A stretch of 64,000 bases of DNA from Selaginella moellendorffii (Eukaryota; Plantae; Lycopodiophyta). Shown piece by piece: positions 51,233 through 63,800 of the stretch. Location: the NCBI RefSeq assembly GCF_000143415.4, contig NW_003314332.1:186001-250000 (forward strand), written 5' to 3'. Under the pieces are notes generated by a model. That model made no database searches and was not told where the DNA came from. It was given only the letters and a program-made list of their open reading frames with translations. The position numbers were made by a program, and so were the translations under genes. Position 1 is the stretch's first letter. The number at the start of each line of letters is the position of its first letter.

Positions 51233-54200
51233 CCGGTCTCGGTCTCGACTTTGGACTCCATCTCGGACTCCATCTCGGACTCCATCTCGGACTCCATCTT
51301 GGACTCCATCTCGGGTCCATCTCGGGTCCATCTCGGACTCCATCTCGGGTCCATCTCGGACTCCATTTCGGGTCCATCTCGGACTCCATCTCGGACTCCA
51401 TTTCGGGTCCATTTCGGGTCCACCTCGGACTCCATCTCGGACTCCATTTCGGGTCCATCTCGGGTCCACCTCGGACACCATCTCGGGTCCATCTCGGACT
51501 CCACTTCGGACTCCAACTCGGGTCTATCTCGGACTCCACTTCGGACTCCAACTCGGGTCCATCTCGGACTCCATCTCGGACTCCATTTCGGGTCCATCTC
51601 AGGTCCACCTCGGACTCCATCTCAGACTCCATCTCGGGTCCATCTCGGACTCCATCTCGGACTCCATCTCGGATCCATCTCAGACTCCATCTCAGACTCC
51701 ATCTCGGACTCCACTTCGGGTCCATCTCGGACTCCATATCGGACTCCATCTCGGACTCCACTTCGGGTCCATCTTGGACTCCATATCGGACTCCATCTCG
51801 GACTCCACTTCGGACTCCATATCGGACTCCACTTTGGGTCCATCTCGGACTCCATCTCGGACACTTCCACGTGTCATGTGTTGGTCCTTTTGGGTCCCTT
51901 TTTGGAGCCTCGCTTTTTGCTCGCTTCGTGCTCATTCCTCGAGCACTTCTTTGGGAGTTCCACTCCCGCTCTTGACTTTTCAAGTCGGAGCTTTTGGTCC
52001 AAACGTGTTACGCTCGTTTGGCTCTCGCTTCAGCCACTACCACGTGGCACCCTTTCCGGCTCCACTTTGGGGCCTAGGGATTTTGTGTCTCACAACTCCA
52101 CCACCCATAGACAAAGTTCGATGTCCTCATCGAACGGTAAACCATTTTGTAAAGTAACACTTGCATGTGTTACCATTTCCATCCTTGGCACCTAGCCAAT
52201 ATTTGTCAATGGTTTGACATTGAAGGCTCACCATGCCTTTTGGATATGCCTCAATGGTTTGACACCAAAGGCTCACCATGCCTTGCCTATCCTCTAAGGA
52301 GGGTAGTCTCTCCAACTTAGAGACTGATTGGACCACATGTAGTGGTTCTCTCCTTTTATTGGTTTAGTTCTCGCTAAACCTCTTAGAGACCCTTCTCTAA
52401 GTCAATCCCACTACTCCTTCTTGAGTAGTTTCAATTTCCATCTATTGAATGTTTGCACCTTGGAACTTTTACTCTTTTGACTTTTGGAAGTCAATTTCCT
52501 AGGTGTCTCCAACACCTTGCATTGCACAGATTGTGCAACTCCACTTCTCTATCCTAGGAAGTTCATTACTTGAGGGCACCATCATCCTCTCTTCTATTTT
52601 GTGCCACCTTGGGCACTAAGTTCCATTTATCACACTTTGTGCTAGGGTTGTCCATCGCCCTATCATTTGGCTACCTTACTGCTCCCTCCATTGGAGCTTC
52701 CACTTTCACCAAATCGGAGCAATTCGGAATCCATCCTTGGAAACACACTTCCTTTCCCGCAATTTGTTAGCGTCCAACACATCAGTGTTCCTTGCCTAAC
52801 TTTGTCACTTGGATTCCTTCCCAGGGATTCCACGGCCCTATCTTGGCCACTCATCTTTTGCTCCTATCCGTTGATTGTTGCACCAAGCAACATCGAATCT
52901 CTACCTCCCTTCTTGAGGTATTCTTTTGATTCCATAGCAAAGGCTCTGCTTTGCCAAGACTAGGGTGTTCACCCCTAGTAAGTCTCTTTTAGCATCTTCT
53001 GCTGTGGGCTCTATCCTCGGCCCAGCTTTGTGACCCTCTCATGGGTCTCTTTAGAGACTACTTTCCTTGGACACCCTATGCCATCGCAATGACATAGCTC
53101 ATTTCCCTAAGGTGCTTTTCCCACTTGGTCACCTTGACCAAGCCACACCATCATCAATGGTTCAAATCAACACTTTGAACTAGGAACCTTATTCCTTAAC
53201 CCAAACAAAGACCTTGTCCTTATTTAGCCACAAGATCACCTAGTGATCTCACCTCGGCACCTTAACAGGTTTGCCAATAGGTACTAGGTCTTCCAGACCT
53301 TTAACTTGTTAACTACGACCCCGGGGGCATCCCCCACACTTGGCGGTGCGCCCAAGCCAGCCCTTCTGGCCAAGGGTCCATAGCAACTGAGATTAGGTGT
53401 CCCCATCTCACTCACCACGTCCTTGGTGCCACTTGCACCAAAGCGTTCAAGTTAGATATGCCGAGCTTTCACACTAAGCAATCTAACCGTGCATCACGAC
53501 TCCGAGGCATCCCTCGCTTGGCGGTGTGCCCAAACCAGTCTCCCCACTGAGAGTCCATGACCACCGAAATATGAGTGTCCTCATATTCCAAACCATCACC
53601 ACACCCTAGTGATTTGGGACTCGAACCCAAGCACTAGAGGGTCGGGACTCGAACCCAACCTCCGTATATGCATCTACGGACGGCATCACACAAGATGCCT
53701 GGCGTGACTCCCCACGCCGGTGCACCAACTTATTTTTAAAGTGCGCTACAGATCACAGCTTAGGAACCTAGTTCCTCCACACTGCCAAGTCCTCTCACTT
53801 GACATGTCTGTGATCATGCATGGACTCCTCCATGCTCGGCCCCATGGCCCACCCTTTTTGAAGTTATCACCTTCAACTAGGGTATTTGTTCCCCCGACGT
53901 GCCAATCTCGCTTGGCAAGTCCTCCGACCACTGTAACATGGTTCATGCATAAGCGTGAAAGTCCTTGACCATCGACTTTCGTTCAAAGCCCTCTCTTTGA
54001 ACACTCGGGAACTACTTCCCTAACCTTGATAGCCTTGCCTCATGGCAAGCTTCAAGACCACGCTTCTGCTGCACCACTCTGATTTTGCGCGTTCCATGAA
54101 CTATTTACACTTGGCCTTTCTAGGTACTAAGCTACCTAGAATCGTCTTTGGGAACCTTGAAGGAACTCTGTCCCTCAGCTTGCTAAGGCCTCCCTTTTTG

Positions 54201-57200
54201 CAAGCCTTCAAAATGCCATATAGTCTAACATGGACAATTCCATATTTTAGACTCTCCATGGCATCACGGTTGCTAGCGGTAACACCCTCGAGCCCCCACT
54301 TGATTCTCCACTGCCAGCTGGCATAACCAACCTTGGTTATGCCCTTTGATTCCTATGGTTCGGTTCTATCCTCTTACTTCTTGCTTTTTGGCTTCACACC
54401 TTTCCTTTGGTCATTCTCCTCCAGACCAGGAGGATAACTTTGCACTTTCTATCACGCTTTAGCAAGTATTCTTAGGGATGAACCTACCCAATAGCCTAGG
54501 GAGTGGTTCCTCAATCTAGGTATGCTCACCTTATAATCCCACACACTGGGATTACATTGTTGCTTATGGGCCTTTACATGCCCATCACTAGCCTTGCCAA
54601 AATTCCATTTTTGGCTTTGTCCAACTCGGGTAGACAGTCCTCTTCTATCTCCGCAACCTTGGACATTTGGATAACACCTTCTATTCATCATTCGCTAGAG
54701 ACTTAGTCCTTTGGGCTTTATCCATTGCCCTCGCGACATCAAACACCACCTTCTGGTGTTCTAGAGTGTCCGGGTGTCCCAATGATGGCTTTCTTGACAA
54801 TGAGTATTTCCTTTTATGACATTGACTTACTATATCGCAACACAAGCAACTTATCCCCCGTAAGGGTATATCCAACTTCCTTATGCTATTAAGAAGTCTT
54901 GGGTAGCTACCTTCTACCCGTTTAACCAGTTATTTTGCACCTCTTGCTTAGTTTCCTCATAGTTGTCAAGTCCTACAACTCATTGCTTGGTGCTTTCACA
55001 CCTCCTTCATTATCTGGGTCACCACACTCCAACTGCATGCTTTGCAGCTTAGGCTATGCCATTCCCATTTCCATTGGGATTCCTTTGGCAAGGGGTTCTC
55101 ATGAACCCACCAACATAGCCTCAAGGTATCACACCTTGGCACATTTGGTGTCTCCACACCATCGGCTCCACAAGCCTACCTCTATGACATTTCCCCTTCG
55201 TGTCTAAGTCTTTGCCAAGACCAACACCGCTCTTTCTCATGCCAACCATCCGTTAGCACTGCCCCATAGAGGTCACACACAACTTTATGTCAAAGTTGTT
55301 TTCTTCTGGGAACACCTTTCCCATAACTTTAGCATGGCACATTTTGCCATCGATGAGATACCCTCTGTTCTCATCCTTGGATCCTATGATCCCCCCCCAT
55401 CCTTTGTGGGGTACAACACACCTCAGTCCAAATGCTTCCATCAGTCCTTTTAGGACCATCCCTTGACTCTACTTGAGTCATCCAGCAGTTTTGGACTTGG
55501 TTAATCCACAGACCCGTAAGGTCCTACTTGTGAGGCACTAGCTCACTGGAATACACTTCTTGCATTCCTGTCCTACTCAAAAGGACTATTTTCACAAGTG
55601 TTACTCCGACACTTGATTTTGTTCTCTGGGGGCAACTTTTGCCCCTTAGGACTACTTGTCCATATGATGAGAATACCACTCATCTCTAAGTACACCCCCC
55701 AACTCCTTGGGTTGTTCCAGCATTTATTAAAGGTAGCCCCGGCTACCATTTCAAGGACTTGAGTCCTCTTCCGTATTTGACCTTCCACGGTCATTACCTT
55801 TGGCCTCACATTCATGAGTACCAACCTCAACTATATGAGGATAATCTTGTGACTCCTTTATTGTTTTGGAGTCTCTATCTTTCCCGTGATCCCAACTTTA
55901 GTTGTTTACCACAACAACCTTAGCCATTTTGTTGAGACAAATGCTCATCCGGATCCCATCCTCAACTCAATGAGGAAAACCTTGCACTGTTCCCAAGATC
56001 CCAAAGTCGTTCCATTATTGGCCCTTTTCTATCCACCACCTCGTCTACAAGTTCACACATGAACTGTAATGGAGAGCCATGTCTTCCCGACTTGCTACTC
56101 CTCAAGGATAGGCCCACTCCTCGGACCTTCCGATGCCAACACTAGTGGTGATATAGTTGAGCACCAATAAAAGTCGGACTAAGGAACAGCTCCGATACCA
56201 AATTGTAAGAGACTAAATTTTCCATTCTACTTTAGTCACTTAACCACACCTCTGACCACTTGGAGGAGTCTCATTCACAACCTCCATAAGTCCAATCCAG
56301 GACTTGGGGCTTGCTAGCCCCGAGAATGGCATCCATGCCACTCAACATTTGCACTTGGTCCAAGTGCTCCACGTGTCCGATCCCATGACCGACACTCAAA
56401 AGTACCACCGACATAGCAGCCCGTTACGCTAAGGCCATGCCCAATCACCTTTGCCACACTGGTAGTCCAATACCACTTGCATCACAGTCTTGGCTCTCCA
56501 AGACTAGGCAAACCATCCGTGAGTGGTCATCTCAGATCCACTCCTTAGCATCCTTAGGATGCCCACCGACAAGGGGATAGCCTTCCCCAATATCCCTTTG
56601 TCAGTCCCCACTAAGTCCCTTTCTGCCCCTGGTCGTGTTTGCCAACACTGCCACTGGATCGAGACCCACAGGCCCGACCACTAAGTCCCACAATCCTCTG
56701 GGACTTCCTCACCACACGACTGTGTCCTTGGTCACTACCCCAGAGGACTGCTCCTCTTCCTTTCCACAGTCTGGGCCTTTGGGACAACATTTCGGAACAC
56801 CGTGGCCTTACGCGAGCCACCTGGGTACTCTCCTCGCCTTCTGCCCTTGGGTGCTCTAGCCATGGGCTTAGAGCGGGTTCCGTTAAGCCACACCAGGTAT
56901 CCAAGTAGGTAGTGCCACCCACACTTGGACTGGGAGCATCGGCCAATCGATCTCCCGGGGGAACTAGAGCCGGCTCTTGAACACTTCACCAAGCTACCCC
57001 GCTTGTCGGTCTGTGTTCACTCTAGTCTTGGACTTCCCAGTGGGCAGCTCATCACCCAACACTGGGTCCGGCCTTCCTGGGCCAAACTGGCCTTTCCTGG
57101 CCAAACTGGCTCCACTGCAGTCCTCCCCCTTACTATACTTTTGGAGCTCACCAAACCCCCCAAGGTCTGGGAGACGAACGCTTTGGGCTTTCACCCTCTC

Positions 57201-57963
57201 AGACTCGAACTCGGACTCGGACTCGGACTTGGACTCGGACTCGGACTCGGACTCGGACTCGGGCTCGGGCTCGGTCTTGGCCTCGGCCTCGGTCTCGTTC
57301 TCGGTCCCGATCTCGGTCTCGGTCTCGGTCTCGGTCTCGACTTCGGACTCCATCTCGGACTCCATCTCGGACTCCATCTCGGACTCCATCTCGGACTCCA
57401 TCTCGGGTCCATCTCGGGTCCATCTCGGACTCCATCTCGGGTCCATCTTGGACTCCATTTCGGGTCCATCTCAGGTCCACCTCGGACTCCATCTCAGACT
57501 CCATTTCGGGTCCATCTCGGGTCCACCTCGGACTCCATCTCGGGTCCATCTCGGACTCCACTTCGGACTCCAACTCGGGTCTATCTCGGACTCCACTTTG
57601 GACTCCAACTCGGGTCCATCTCGGACTCCACTTTGGACTCCAACTCGGGTCCATCTCGGACTCCACTTCAGACTCCAACTCGAGTCCATCTCGGACTCCA
57701 CTTCGGACTCCAACTCGAGTCCATCTCGGACACTTCCACGTGTCATGTGTTGGTCCTTTTGGGTCTCTTTTTGGAGCCTCGCTTTTTGCTCGCTTCGTGC
57801 TCGTTCCTCGAGCACTTCTTTGGGAGTTCCACTCCCGCTCTTGACTTTTCAAGTCGGAGCTTTTGGTCCAAACGTGTTACGCTCGTTTGGCTCTCGCTTC
57901 AGCCACTACCACGTGGCACCCTTTCTGGCTCCACTTTGGGGCCTAGGGATTTTGTGTCTCACA
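50051..57963 (-). mobile_element. Non-autonomous (LARD-like) LTR retrotransposon; LTRs 50051..52094 and 56204..57963
   Basis: Near-identical TG..CA LTRs, TSD GCAGT/GCAGC, tRNA-Met PBS (reverse complement TGGTATCGGAGC, 56189..56200) and PPT at 52095..52107. No recognisable pol in the 4.1-kb interior. Confidence 0.93.
51100..51862. repeat. 6/12-bp microsatellite array (GGACTC, GGTCTC, TCGGACTCCATC) inside the LTR
   Basis: Directly visible. Shorter or diverged versions at 57200..57730, 36697..37070 and 61600..61860. Confidence 0.95.
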
Positions 57964-60899
57964 GCAGCTCGCAATTTTGTGTATGAGGCATTACGGTCAT
58001 CTGTTGATGCTTCAGAACATCAGGTGGGGGGCATGGTCTTCCAGAGGGGTTTGGTCTGTATGAAGGCATGGAGAATCATTTATGGAGTCCCTCGAACCAC
58101 ATTCTACAGAATCAAAACTGAGTTCGAGGAACAAAGGGTTCAACAGGCAGTCCATGGGAATGACAGTACGCACAAAACCAGGGGTCATGTTGTATATGGA
58201 GAGGCAATCTTCAAGAGGTTTGTCGAGACATGTAGCAAGCAGCAACCACATAAAACCCGCCTCTTGGAAGATGGAACACGAGACACCCAACGAGTTCTCC
58301 CTTGCATGTATACCAAGGGGGCCATATTAGAAGATGTGAATCGGGAACTCCAGAGTAATGGCTACAGGAAGCTGAGAAAATCTAGATTTAGTAAATTGTA
58401 GCAACAGGTTCAGGGATGTGAGTATAGGAAAGTACTCCAGCTTTTCAAAGTGTGACGAGTGCACTGCTATCAAAATTGCTTTGTCGAAGAATTCTTGCAG
58501 CGCTCAAAAGCGAGAGACGTTGGTTAGAAGGCGGCTCGACCACAACATCGAGCAGAGAAGCTGCAGGACTGCATATTATCATAACAGGATTCTCTCCATG
58601 GAGAGACCTGACTCTTACCTCTGCATCATCCACGACAAAATGGACTAGAAAAAGACGTGCTTACCTCGACTCAATCCTACCCCCAAGGCAATCTCTTCAT
58701 GCCTGTGTCTCTGTTTGGCATAATCGCTCATGGGCATGGTGCCCAGAACTATGGGAACTTCTTTATACCTCTATGGGGTGGCGGGGGTGCAAACATGATG
58801 ATTGCGTCCCTAGCAAAACACTTAAGGTCTCTGCAAAGTGCGCAGACTGAGCTGAACAGCCAACCCTTGCATAAGGCCCTTGTCGAACGAACCCCATACA
58901 GGGTTCAGCTGGAGGAGGAGCAAAGGCTTGCAATATCGCGTGGGGCCCCATGCCATCCCAGTGAATATGTTGGCCGTCAGATTGTAGGGTTATCACGTGA
59001 GGCCTCATGCCATTCCGACGAGGCTGGTCGCCCGGTGAATGCACAGCCTCATCCAAACGAAGTAGAATCTCAAGGAAGTTCTTGCGGCCGATGTGGCCTT
59101 CCACCCCATCTTCTGCTCCAAACAGACAATACTGGCAGTGAGAACAAAAACATGTACGTCTTCGCGTACTTGGCGATGCTTGTTGCCAAAGGCATATTTT
59201 AAACGGTTACACTTGGCTTTCTCATGGTTGGGCACACTCATGAAGACGTCGATGCCATGTTCAGTCACCTGGCAGAGTCCCTCCGGTGATCCAATGTCCT
59301 CACCCTCCCACATCTCTACGATGAATTCCAAAATTGCATCAAAGGCACTGTTGAAGCTGCACTTGTGACAGAGGTTCCAGACTTTAAGGGGTTTGTAAGA
59401 GGCTACATCAGGGACGGATCCGAAACGCTGATTGGCCACTCCAAGCCTCTTCAGTTTCATTTCAGCATGCGTGACGGTGCTCCAGTGATGAGGTACAAGA
59501 TGAGAGAATGGGACACAGTGTGGCTGCCAGTGGATGGCATTGAACTCTTCAAGGGAGATCCCATAACTGGGGAACCTATGATTCCTCAGGGTTCCCCACG
59601 GCCGATGCACCTGGATGGACTCAAAGACCAGGAAAGTATAGTGTCCGGGATTAGATAGCATATTGCCTTCTGGAAGAGGGGGTTGGTGTTTGGTGGAGAA
59701 TCCTATTTTAAGAGGTGCAAGCCTTTGCTCGAATACTGGGAGAAGATTATATCTGCTATCCAAAATGGGCCGGTTGTATATGAAGAATTGGAAGAGTCCT
59801 TTTGGCCAGAACCCAGAGCACCAAATAGTAGTGGAACAATGTCCTTTGGAAATGCAGTGACAGATAATGATGTTGAGGATCACTATTGTGGGCCGAGGAA
59901 CAAGAAGTCGGATTCAGCATTCAATCCAGTACAGGTCTGCAAAGGAATGGTCGTGCTTGTCAGACCCAGTAATAAAAAACAAATGATATGGGTGGGGCGC
60001 TGCATCACTGATGCAGAGGAGGAAGCGGAAACTAACTCCTTCAATGTAACTGTGGAGTGGTTCAAGCCAAGTTCCGGATATACGAAGGATTGCCTAGAAA
60101 AGAGATGGGTGCTAAATCCAAGGGATCCCAGCATGAGCATATCGGTGGATAATGTTGTGCATGGTTGGATGTGGAAGCAGAGTGCCACCATCACCTTGCC
60201 AGACCATGCAAGAGATGCAGCAAGAGCATTCATAACCCGGGTTCAAGGTGAGATTCATTAATATTCCTTTACTAAGTTTCTAATGTATTTGATTTCAAGG
60301 TGAACAATCCGAATCTGAATCAGAGGAGGCGTGATGGCATGGCGTGATGGCGTGAGGCGTGACACCAAAAAGGAGGTGTCCACTAGCGCTTAGGCTTATA
60401 ATGGCGTGTGCCCTCATGCCATTTACTTGATCACCAAATACCTTTTTCCCTTTGCACTAGTATATCTTAATACCGGTCTGAGAAATAGAATGGCATGTGC
60501 CCTCAGGCCTTTTACTAAATCACCTTTGAAAGAAATGCAAGCCTCTATGTCGTAAAAAAAAAGTACTAGAGAAATTCCTTAATAATATGAATGTTATTTA
60601 GTTTCATGAAAATACACTAAAGGTCAAATGAGTTAAATGACTTCTCCAGACTAGCAATGCCTCTTGCTACACCTTCACAATTAGATTCGTTAGAAAAAGA
60701 TAACATTGAATAATATCTAAATGTTCTCACCATTAAGTTATATGTCTGGCTAATAGGAATGACGTTCATCTTGGAAAGCTCACCACACGCTCAATGAACA
60801 AACAAATAGTGTGTGCGCGCATGCCATCGCTCTTCTTTAGCTTCATATTCGGCTTGTTCACCTTGACAATGAGATTTATTATACAACCAGATGGACTCA

Positions 60900-63800
60900 G
60901 TCTGGACACAAAGTCACCACGCTAGTCACCATGCCCCAGATATGTCTAGCCCCTGGACAAAAAACATATAATTTCACGTTATTTTCAAATACTTGAAAAT
61001 TTGTACCTAGTCCCATTTTACTGAATAAATCCCACTTTAACAAAATAGAGCTTAAACAGCCAAGCACATCAAGCCTCCAAGTTCCTAACATCCCTTGGTA
61101 CAACAAAACTTGATCATGAGACCCTCTAAATCCTAAGCCTTGGGTGCAACACTTGCTTCGGGATATTGGGGCAAAACACCATGGCCTAACGGCCCGGTGT
61201 GGGTACCTCTACCCCCCCACTTCTATCCCAAAGGGAAGGCCCAAGCCCCTAGGAAGGGTGAGGACCAATAAGCCATTAGGTACTCAAGTGGGGCACCACT
61301 CCACTTGAGCCGGGAGCACCGCAGTCGGTTTCCCTTTCGAGAGTGGGAGCTGCTCTTGAGCACTTCCTTGGGTAGCCCCTCCGGCACCACCTAAGTCCAT
61401 GCTCACTCCCACTCAAGGCCCCTTGGCCCCAATCTTAACCTCAAGTTCATTTGGAAGCACTGTTGGAGAGTTCCTTCAAACTGGTTCCTAGACCTCACTA
61501 TCCCTACTATACTTTTGGAACCCCCTGCATCCCCCCCCCCCCGCCCCCTGGGAGACGCACGCTTTGGGCTTTTACCCCTTGAACCCCTTGACCTGTATTA
61601 GTACTCAGTCTCAAACTCGATCTTGGACTTGATCTCAGACCTGACTTCGGATTTGGTCTCCGACTTGATCTCGGACTCGATCTCTGACCCAATCTCGGAC
61701 TCGACTTCGGACTCAACCTCGGACTCGGTCTCGGACCCGATCTCGGATCTTGGACTCTATCTTGAACTCGGTCTCTGAGTCGGCCTCAAACTCGATTCCA
61801 GACTCTATCTCGAACTCGGTCTCAGAGTCGGTCTTGGACTCGATCTCAGACTCGGTCCCATTCGATAAACTCTTTGTCATTTTGGTCATGCTTTCAGGGA
61901 TCCTTTAGCCTACGACACCTTGGGGAGTTGGTTCTTTACAACTCCACCACCCATAGAAGAAGTTTGATGCCCACATTGAATGTCTCTTTTTATCCTACGA
62001 CTTGTTGACCATGTCTCTGGGGGCATCCCCCCACTTAGTAGTGTGCCTAAGTTAGCCTCCCCGGCCAAGAGCCCATGACAATGGAATATAGGTGTCCCTA
62101 TACTCCTCACCTCACCACGCCCTAGTATGGGGTCAGGACTTGAACCCAGCCTTGCTTTACTAGGGGGTTGGGACTCGAACCCAACCTCCGTAGAATACGT
62201 CTATGGATTTGACATCCCTGTGGGGAGTCGAGTTTAGTTCCCTATGCCTGGTTGACCTAGCTAACCCATGCTAATTAGCTTACCTTTGGCGCGCCTTTGG
62301 GTCCCAACATATACCATTGCTCAACTTCACAAATTGATATTTTAATTGAACTTTGCATAAGTACATAGAGTTCTGCCTTGCAGAAATTCCTCCACTAGAT
62401 CTCGCGCTTCTCCTCCGGTTCCCATGTTGCTTCGCAGTGTGGAAATCCTTTCCACTTCATATGGAACTCTCTCACCTCGCGTCCTTGTCGCTTGCTCTTG
62501 CGCGCATTGAGGATGGCCTCGACTTTATATTCCTCTTCCCCTTGGATAACCTCAGGTAAAGGTCTTATTTGGTCCTTGAGAAGCGGATCCTCAAAGTACG
62601 GCTTGAGTAAGTTCATGTGAAACATTGGGTGCACTTCCCCATCTTTCGAGAAAGTCGGAGACAGTAAGCCACTTTACCGATTCGTGCCTCAATCTCGTAA
62701 GGCCCCGTGAACTTGCTTAAAGAATTCAAGATCAATTCATTTACAGGAATACATGCATTTTTACCTTTGGGTCAACTTTTGGCTGATCCCACTTGGTAGC
62801 CTGAGGTTCTTGGTGTTCAGCCACACCTTCTCCCCAGGTTGGAACTCTACATCTCGGCGCTTTTGGTTCATGTACTTGGTTTGCCTTTGTTGAGCCCGTT
62901 CCAAGGAATCCCTCACGAGATTCCAAATGTTGAGTCTTTCCGCTGTGAATGCCTCCACTGCGGGTGACTCTCCATGATACTCGGCCATGCCAAGTTCCAC
63001 AGGACTTTCAATAGCTCGCCCATTGATGACTTTCCATGGACTCACTCCAATACTCGAATGTGGTGAGCTGTTATAACACATTTCGCAAGTCCCAAATGAC
63101 TTATCCAATCGGTCTAGTCTCTCGAGACATAGCCTCGCAAATAATCCTCTAGCTGCCTATTCACCCTTTCCGTTTGCCCGTCTGTCAAAAAGTGTTAGTG
63201 CCATCAAACTTGACTTACTACCCAATACCTGTCTATGGGTGATAGGCTGTCCTGAATTTCAACTTGGTGCGATACTGTTCCAGGAGAGTTCTCCAAAACC
63301 TACTGATGAAGATCTTATCTCAATCTGAGATAATCTCTTCTAGCCTTCCCTACACTCAAACCACTTGTTCAAAGAACAGCTTCGCCACACCTTCCGCATC
63401 CACTTCCATTGTGGTGGGTATGAAATGTGCCATCTTCGAAAATCGGTCCACCACCACAAATATCGCATCGAACCCCTCGCTTGGGAGGAGTCCCATAATG
63501 AAGTCCATCGTAAGATATTTCCACGGACGATTTGGAATTAGGATGCTATGTAACAAGCCCTCACTCGCTTTAGTCACAGCTTTGACATATTGACATGTTG
63601 GACATGTCTTTACATAGTCTTGGACGTCTTTAGCTATATCTGGTCAGTGATACTTCCTTTTGAGTAAGCCCATTGTTTTGGGCACTCCACCATGTCCTGC
63701 AAAAGGTTCGTCATGACACTCTTCTAAGGCTACCTTCCTTAGTTCCCCTTCTGGAATATACACCCGTGTTTGCTTATAATAGATGAGTCCGTTGCATTCT

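Larger units (their letters stand above)
49602..60261 (+). pseudogene. DDE-like transposase (DUF7869/Sola-like motif set) split by an LTR insertion: 49602..50050 plus 57969..60261
   Basis: Removing the LTR element restores the frame (WKA-ARNFVYE). Motifs FSKCDEC, CIIHDKMD, LLLQTDN.GSENKN..VF and FLMVGHTHEDVDAMFS. C-terminal beta-rich BAH/Tudor-like segment. Stops at 58399, 58646, 59200, 59288 and 59656. Confidence 0.8.
38580..60830. mobile_element. Large putative DNA transposon with divergent transposase and cargo genes; termini not resolved; contains nested hAT and LTR insertions
   Basis: Extent inferred from the distribution of the 22-24 bp palindrome (partial copies at 38581 and 60810), the transposase pseudogene and the ParB-like/HAD coding segments. 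Confidence 0.55.

Noticed and set aside
50771-52195. Long Ser/Asp/Arg-rich ORFs (474, 444, 310 aa; also 36676 and 56925..57960)
   Set aside because: They result from a stop-free hexamer microsatellite in the LTRs, open in many frames on both strands.
38869-60512. Palindromic repeats as CRISPR repeats
   Set aside because: Spacing is irregular (tens of bp to kb), copies are degenerate, and some lie in exons or introns.
38484-61052. 24-bp inverted match (38484..38507 vs 61029..61052) as TIRs of the large element
   Set aside because: Both arms appear to lie in LTR-like sequence, one is part of a local hairpin, and no TSD was found. Not accepted as termini, although not fully excluded.
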